DNA from: Chrysomallon squamiferum
Taxonomy: Eukaryota; Animalia; Mollusca
NCBI GenBank assembly: GCA_012295275.1
Contig: CM022678.1
Coordinates: 992,001 to 1,056,000 of the forward strand
Length of the DNA: 64,000 bases
Direction: 5' to 3'
Part shown: piece by piece, positions 56,804-64,000 of the stretch
Layout of the letters: every line of letters starts with the position of its first letter
Numbering within the stretch: position 1 is the stretch's first letter
Notes under the pieces: generated by a model
What the model was told of the DNA's origin: nothing
Seen by the model: only the letters and a program-made list of their open reading frames with translations
Database searches by the model: none
Position numbers and translations under genes: made by a program

Positions 56804-58623
56804 GAATAAGAATAATAAAAGTAATAATAATAATAATAATAATAATAAAAATAATAATGGCAACAAACACAATAAAATTAAATCCTTATTAATAGAAAAT
56901 AATTTCTGGAAGGAAACAATCATCAAGACAGGTAAAATAAATACAAGATATTTATACAAAACAATCACTCAGTGTAAGTCCAATATATTCCTCAAAATTG
57001 TTTTTAATAAAAATAACTAATCACCAAAAATAAATAAATAAATAAAATAAAAAAACAAAAAATCTTGTTTGATACAACTTATTGACAAAGAAAATAGAGA
57101 TAGTATTAAAATTTTATCTGAAATTAAATCAGTTTAAATCTACACTGATAGTTCAGTGTCAGCCAAAAATGTTTCGAATTGAAAATCACATTTATTTTAT
57201 TAATTATTCCCTATTTCACAATTATTAAATAAATATTCCTACTTAAAACTTACATTTATTTTATTATTCATTATTTTGTAATTATTAAAGCTATATATAA
57301 AAACTATCAGATGAATGAAAATTTACATTTGCTTTATCAATTTTGTTAGTATTTTCTGATAATTTATTTGAAATGTAAACATTATATGAATTTATCTTCT
57401 AATTAATAAGAGAAAAAATTTGAATTACATTTTATTTTACCATATAAATTTATATATTAAAACATGAATAAACATTTTGTAAAAAAAAATGTACATAAAC
57501 TCCAAATGAAAATTCAAGTTTACTTACTACAAATATATTAAAATTTGGATTTAGTATTATAGAACTATAGTGTAAAGAAGAAACCAAAAAACAAAAACAC
57601 TTTTACACAACATTACTTTCTTTTTACACTATACTACTTTTCTTAATTTAAATATAGTAAAATATTTAGTAATGCAAAATAATTTTGTAAACTAAAAAAT
57701 ATACATTAAATATTCTGCACTCTACTTTAAAAAACAACATTAATTATAACATCCTATTTAACATATATTTTCACACATAAAAAGTCTAATAGCAAATCAT
57801 CATCAATAATATAACAAATGTGATTTAAAAACTGACTGACTTTTCACTTTCTGAATAACCTGATCAAAATTGAAATCAGTATTACTGTTGTTTTATTATT
57901 GCTGGCCAACAAAATATTTCTTAACATTTTTTTTTCACTAAAATTAAAAATGAAGTGAAATTTTCATAAAGCCACAGGTATTATAATAGTTCTTGTTATG
58001 TTCAATACAAAAGATAATAAAAAATGTTGGAAGATGCACCAGCTATAAAATATGGTAACAGTATTTGTATAGAAACACAAACTATACAATATATGAATAC
58101 AATATTTGAACAGAAACAGCAGAGTGCACAGTACAGTAATGGAATATCTGAATAGAAACAATTTACAGTATCTAGATATACACCAGACTACACAGCAATA
58201 TAGTTACACAAATTTACACTGTATTTAATTCTGCATGACAATGAATTACTCACAGATCTTATTTTGAAAATGAGGTCTGGCTATGTATCAATAATTATAC
58301 TTTTGAATTGAAAAATTAAAGCTGTACACAGTATTTATCACAGCTAAATACATACACAACATTACACCAAAAATGTGCATAAATGAAGCAGCTCAAACTG
58401 AAACTACATCAGAAATCACTGTATTTCAGGATGAAGGATAACATTAAGACTTTGTACCATAGAATTTACAAACAAAATTTAGAGTATTGTGTTTGTTATG
58501 AACATCAGTTTTATACAAAAGTATAATTTCTGCACAACTTCAAAATCTTTTCACTAGCTGATCTTCCATTTAAAGTGATAGCCTGTGTACGTAATGTACT
58601 AAACTGAAAATTTCAGTTACACA

Positions 58624-61600
58624 TCAAAATGTATTTATGTTACTACCTTTACCACCATGCTCCAATAAATAGGAAACAATTTCCCTTCGGTTACTCTTAG
58701 CTTTGTCAAGAGGAGTCTCACCTTGACCATTTTTAACATTTACATCAACACCTTTTTCAATCAGTGCTATCAATATTTCAAGATTTCCATATTCAGCTGC
58801 CAAGTGTAAAACAGTATTGTGATCATTGTCTGTTAAATTAGGATCAGCTCCTTGTTTTAATAAATCCAAACCTATTTTGTATTTCTGAAACTTAAAAGCT
58901 GTAAAAAGAGGAGTTTCACCTTTTCTGTTCTGAACATTTACATAAGCACCTTTTTCAATCAGTGCTGTCACAATTTCTGCATTTCCACATTTAGCTGCCA
59001 AGTGTAAAACAGTATTGTTATCATTGTCTGTTAAATTAGGATCAGCTCCATGTTCCAGTAAAACCAAAACTAGTTTTTGTATAGAGGAGGACACATATAC
59101 CTCATAACGAGAAACATTTAAACAGTAGTATTTCAGAAATGTAACAAGAGGAGTTTCACCTTCTCTGTTCTTAACATTTACATCAACACCTTTTTCAATC
59201 AGTGCTGTCACAATTTCTGCATTTCCACATTTAGCTCCAAAGTGTAAAACAGTATTGTTATCATTGTCTGTTAAATTAGGATCAGCTCCTTGTTTTAATA
59301 AATCCAAACATATTTTGTATTTCTTCAACTTAAAAGCAGTAAAAAGAGGAGTTTCACCTTTTCTGTTCTGAACATTTACATCAACACCTTTTTCAGTCAG
59401 TGCTGTCACAATTTCTAGACTTCCATACTGAGCTGCCAAGTGTAAAAGAGAATTGTTATCATTGTCTGTTAAATTAGGATCAACCCCAAGTTCCAGTAAA
59501 AACAAAGCTAGTTTTGGTATATTAGAGGACTTATCTAGATCGTCAGGACAAACACTTAAACAGTAGTCTTTCAGATATGTAAACAGAGGAGTTTCACCTT
59601 CTCTGTTCTGAACATTTACATCAACACCTTTTTCAATCAGTGCTATCAATATTTCAAGATTTCCAGATTGAGCTGCCAAGTGTAAAACAGTATTGTTATC
59701 AATGTCTGTTAAATTAGGATCAGCTCCTTGTTTTAATAAATCCAAACCTATTTTGTATTTCTGAAACTTAAAAGCTGTAAAAAGAGGAGTTTCACCTTTT
59801 CTGTTCTGAACATTTACATCAACACCTTTTTCAATCAGTGGTGTCACAATTTCTGCATTTCCACTTATTCAGCTGCCAAGTGTAAAACAGAATTGTTATC
59901 ATTGTCTGTTAAATTAGGATCAGCTCCATGTTCCAGTAAAAACAAATCTAGTTTTGGTATATTAGAGGACACATCTAGATCGTAACAACAAACACTTATA
60001 CAGTAATCTTTCAGAAAGGTAAAAAGAGGAGTTTCACCTTTTCTGTTCTGAACATTTACATAAGCACCTTTTTCAATCAGTGCTGTCACAATTTCTGCAT
60101 TTCCATGTTCAGCTGCTAAGTGTAAAACAGAATTGTTATCATTGTCTCTTAAATTAGGATCAGCTCCTTGTTTTAATAAATCCAAACATATTTTGTATTT
60201 CTGAAACTTTAAAGCAGTAAAAAGAGGAGTTTCACCTTTTCTGTTCTGAACATTTACATCAACACCTTTTTCAGTCAGTGCTGTCAATATTTCAAGATTT
60301 CCATATTGAGCTGCCAAGTGTAAAACAGTATTGTTATCATTGTCTGTTAAATTAGGATCAGCTCCATGATCCAGTAAAAACAAAGCTAGTTTTGGTATAT
60401 AAGAGGACACATATAGATCGTAACGACAAACATTTAAACAGTAGTATTTCAGAAATGTAAACAGAGGAGTTTCACCTTCTGTGTTCTTAACATTTACATC
60501 AACACCTTTTTCAATCAGTGCTGTCACAATTTCTAGACTTCCATATTTAGCTGCCAAGTGTAAAACAGTATTGTTATCATTGTCTGTTAAATTAGGATCA
60601 GCTCCATGATCCAGTTTTAGTTTTGATATAAAACATATTTTGTAATGTTGAAATTTAACAGCTAGAAAAACAGGAGTTTCACCTTTTCTGTTCTTTACAT
60701 TTATATCAACACCTTTTTCAATCAGTGCTGTAACAATTTCTATATATCCATGCTTTGCTGCTAAGTGTAAAACAGAACTGTTTTTATTGTCTGTTAAATT
60801 AGGATCAGCTCCTTGTTTTAGTAAATACAAAAATATGTTGTAATGGTGAAACTCAACAGCTGTAAAAAGAGGAGTTTCACCTTTTCTGTTCTTAACATTT
60901 ACATCAGCACCTTTTTCAACCAGTGCTGTAACAATTTCTACATTTCCATCTTTAGCTGCTAAGTGTAAAACAGAACTGTCATTATTGTCTGTTAAATTAG
61001 GATCAGCTCCATGTTCCAATAAAACCAAAGCTATATTTCTCTTACAGGACGGAGATTCATCTTCAAAAAAATGAAATGGATTGTGTGTCCACAATGTAAA
61101 AAGAGGAGTTTCACCTTTTCTGTTCTTAACATTTACATCAGCACCTTTTTCAACCAGTGCTGTAACAATTTCTACATTTCCATCTTCAACTGCTAAGTGT
61201 AAAACAGAACTGTCATTATTGTCTGTTAAATTAGGATCAGCTCCTTGTTTTAGTAAATACAAAAATATTTTGTAATGTTGAAATTTAACAGCTGTAAAAA
61301 GAGGAGTTTCACCTAGCATATTCCTTATATTTACATCAACACTTTTTTTAATCAGTGTTGTCACAACTTCTATATTTCCAACTATTCCTGCTGAGTGTAA
61401 ACGAAAATTGTTATCATTGTCGGTTAAATTAGGATCAGATCCATGTTCCAGTAAAACCAAAGCTACGTTTATCTTAGAGGACACAGGTGGATCTTGTAAA
61501 AAATCACATTCATTGCATAGCAGAAATGTAAAAAGAGGAATTTCACCTTTTCTGTTCTTAACATTGACATCAGCACCTTTTTCAGTCAGTGCTGTCACAA

Positions 61601-64000
61601 TTTCTACATTTCCATCTTTAGCTGCTAAGTGTAAAAGAGAATTGTTATCATTGTCTGTTAAATTAGGATCAGCTCCATATTCCAGTAAAACCAAAGCTAT
61701 GTTTGTCTTACGGGACACAGGTATATCTCGGAAACAATGAAATTGATGGTATTTCAGAAATGTAAAAAAAGGAGTTTCACCTTTTCTGTTCTTAACATTT
61801 ACATCAACACCTTTTTCAACCAGTGCTGTCACAATTTCTACATTTCCATCTTTAGCTGCTAAGTGTAAAAGAGAATTGTTATCATTGTCTGTTAAATTAT
61901 GATCAGCTCCATGTTCCAGTAAAATCAAAGTTATGCTTGTCTTAGAGGACACAGGTGGATGTCGTAAAAAATGAAATGGATTGTGTGTCCACAATGTAAA
62001 AAGAGGAGTTTCACCTTTTCTGTTCTTAACATTTACATCAGCACCTTTTTCAATCAGTGCTGTCACAATTTCTACATTTTGATTCTTAGCTGCAAAGTAT
62101 AAAAGAGAACTGTTATCATTGTCTGTTAAATTAGGATCAGCTCCTTGTTTTAGTAAATATAAAAATATTTTGTAATGTTGAAATTTAACAGCTAGAAAAA
62201 CAGGAGTTTCACCTTTTCTGTTCTTTACATTTATATCAACACCTTTTTCAATCAGTGCTGTAACAATTTCTATATATCCATGCTTTGCTGCTAAGTGTAA
62301 AACAGAACTGTTATTATTGTCTGTTAAATTAGGATCAGCTCCTTGTTTTAGTAAATACAAAAATATGTTGTAATGGTGAAACTCAACAGCTGTAAAAAGA
62401 GGAGTTTCACCTTTTCTGTTCTTAACATTTACATCAGCACCTTTTTCAACCAGTGCTGTAACAATTTCTACATTTCCATGTTCAGCTGCTAAGTATAAAG
62501 CCGAATTGTTATCATTGTCTGTTAAATGAGGATCACCTCCTTCGTTTAGTAAATATAAAGCTATTTCTGGCCTGTGACACATCAAAGATACATGAAGAGG
62601 AGTTTTCTTATCAATGTTAATTGCATTTATTTCAGCACCTTTTTTTATTACTTCTTTCACAACATCTATGTCAATTTCAGAGGCTGTGTGCAATGCTGAA
62701 TTCTTGTTGTGATCTTTTATATTGATATCAGCACCATTTTCCACTAACAACAAAGCTACTTCCTTTCTGTGTGTCACTGCGTTTACAGCTTCATGAAGTG
62801 GACTTTTTCCCTTTCTGTTTACTGCATTGACATCAGCATTTCTCTTTATTAGTGATTTTATCATATCTAAGTCACCACGCAGAACTGAGATGTGGAGGGG
62901 CGTGTCTGAAGACAATAATTTTGAATTAATTTCGACATGAGACAACAGTTCGAAATCATTTTCATCTTCAAACATCTGAATCAAGTTCTGATTAACAGCT
63001 ACCTTCACATTAGGAACAGCTCCTTTATCAAGAAGACACTGAACAACATCTGCACTGTTAAACATCACTGCCACTTTCAGTACTTGACTTTTCTTCCAAT
63101 TCTCATCTCCATCATTACATCTCTGCTCAATGAGAAAATTCACTGTATCAGTGGCTCCCCATACTGCTGCTGCTAAAAGTACTTTATCTCTGTTCTCATC
63201 ATTTAAACAATCAGGTTTCAGTTTTACTATTTCTTTCATAACACCTGAATTACTCTGACAAGCAGCAATAATAGCAATGTCTTTAATTTTGTTTATTATA
63301 TCAATGGTAACCAGTTTTTTAAAAAGATGGCTTACATCAACAACTTCAGAAGTCTTCGAGTTCCAAAAATGCCATTTTCTTAAATCAAGTCTTACTTGGC
63401 TATGGAACCTAACCAATAACAGTTTAATGGCTTTTTCCTTGATTTCACTGTTGTGTTTCTCATTATTTATCAATTCAGCTAACAAACATGCAATCTGCAT
63501 ATTACCTGAACTAATAGAAGCAAGTAAAAGATCTGAATAGTCATTCAATTTCATTTCTTTTTCACAGTGTAACAGTTCTCTGAGTATGGGAACACTGTCG
63601 GTTTTTGAACAAGCAGCTACACCCAAGGAATCAAATGCTGAAGTAACACCTGATTTTAGCAAAATTCTGACAACATCTTCATCACCAAACAAACAAGAAA
63701 TATTCAAAAGTTCTTTTTTCAGATATGTTAATTTCATTTTACACAGATATTCAGTGAAAAATCTTGACAATGTTCTTAATCCCTTCACAATACATTCACT
63801 TTGAACAGAGGATGAAATTTCAAAATATGTTTCAGTATCCAAGTACTCGTAAATATAATCCTCTGAATAATTGTCAAGAAGACATGAAATATTGCTAAAT
63901 ATTTCATCAAGATTGTCTACATTTACAGATGATATACACAAATGTTCATGATTAGGTAGTTGTTGAAACAGTATTTCAGACAATTTATCATTAAAGTATT
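58624..64000 (-). CDS. STAND-ankyrin paralog (copy B): helical linker plus about 18 double-ankyrin modules; NTPase expected beyond the right edge
   Basis: ORFs 59865-63983 and 58624-59847 are separated by one lesion (GCT GAA TAA GT GGA AAT). The linker is nearly identical to copy A (e.g. [32 protein letters not shown]). Confidence 0.88.

Noticed and set aside
44880-62600. CRISPR-like appearance of conserved repeats alternating with variable spacers
   Set aside because: Units are about 200-240 bp in-frame ankyrin codons in a eukaryotic gene, with no cas genes or short palindromic repeats.
45282-63804. Plus-strand ORFs such as [24 protein letters not shown]
   Set aside because: They are antisense shadows of the ankyrin and linker coding sequence.
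44880-64000. Bacterial endosymbiont (Wolbachia-like) or viral origin of the ankyrin genes
   Set aside because: The NTPase exon has a spliceosomal acceptor and an upstream microexon, long AT-rich duplicated 3' flanks and a eukaryotic repeat context.

Overview
AT-rich, intron-containing animal DNA with many (TAA)n/(TACA)n microsatellites and a 200-N scaffold gap at 34204-34403. An invertebrate, probably a mollusc, is inferred from the gene content only. There are four zones. (1) 1-10.1 kb: a minus-strand gene missed by the ORF track. It starts MGAYWS (an N-myristoylation-type start) and is built from symmetric phase-1 microexons of 39-66 nt, amplified by exon+intron tandem duplication; it continues off the left edge. 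(2) 10.5-33.4 kb: a non-coding mosaic of diverged segmental duplications; of two MULE transposase fragments, one lies here (23.4 kb) and the other in an intron of the zone-1 gene (7.7 kb). (3) 34.4-41.9 kb: decayed transposons (Tc1, a Ulp1/PHD-bearing element, a possible solo LTR, a LINE 3' end). (4) 41.8-64 kb: two tandem minus-strand NLR-like genes (nSTAND3-type P-loop NTPase seen in the left copy, plus 16-18 near-identical two-ankyrin modules with hypervariable inserted loops), separated by a truncated plus-strand WWE-WWE-PARP (PARP12/TIPARP-like) pseudogene. All domain calls come from motif recognition by eye; no database search was run.
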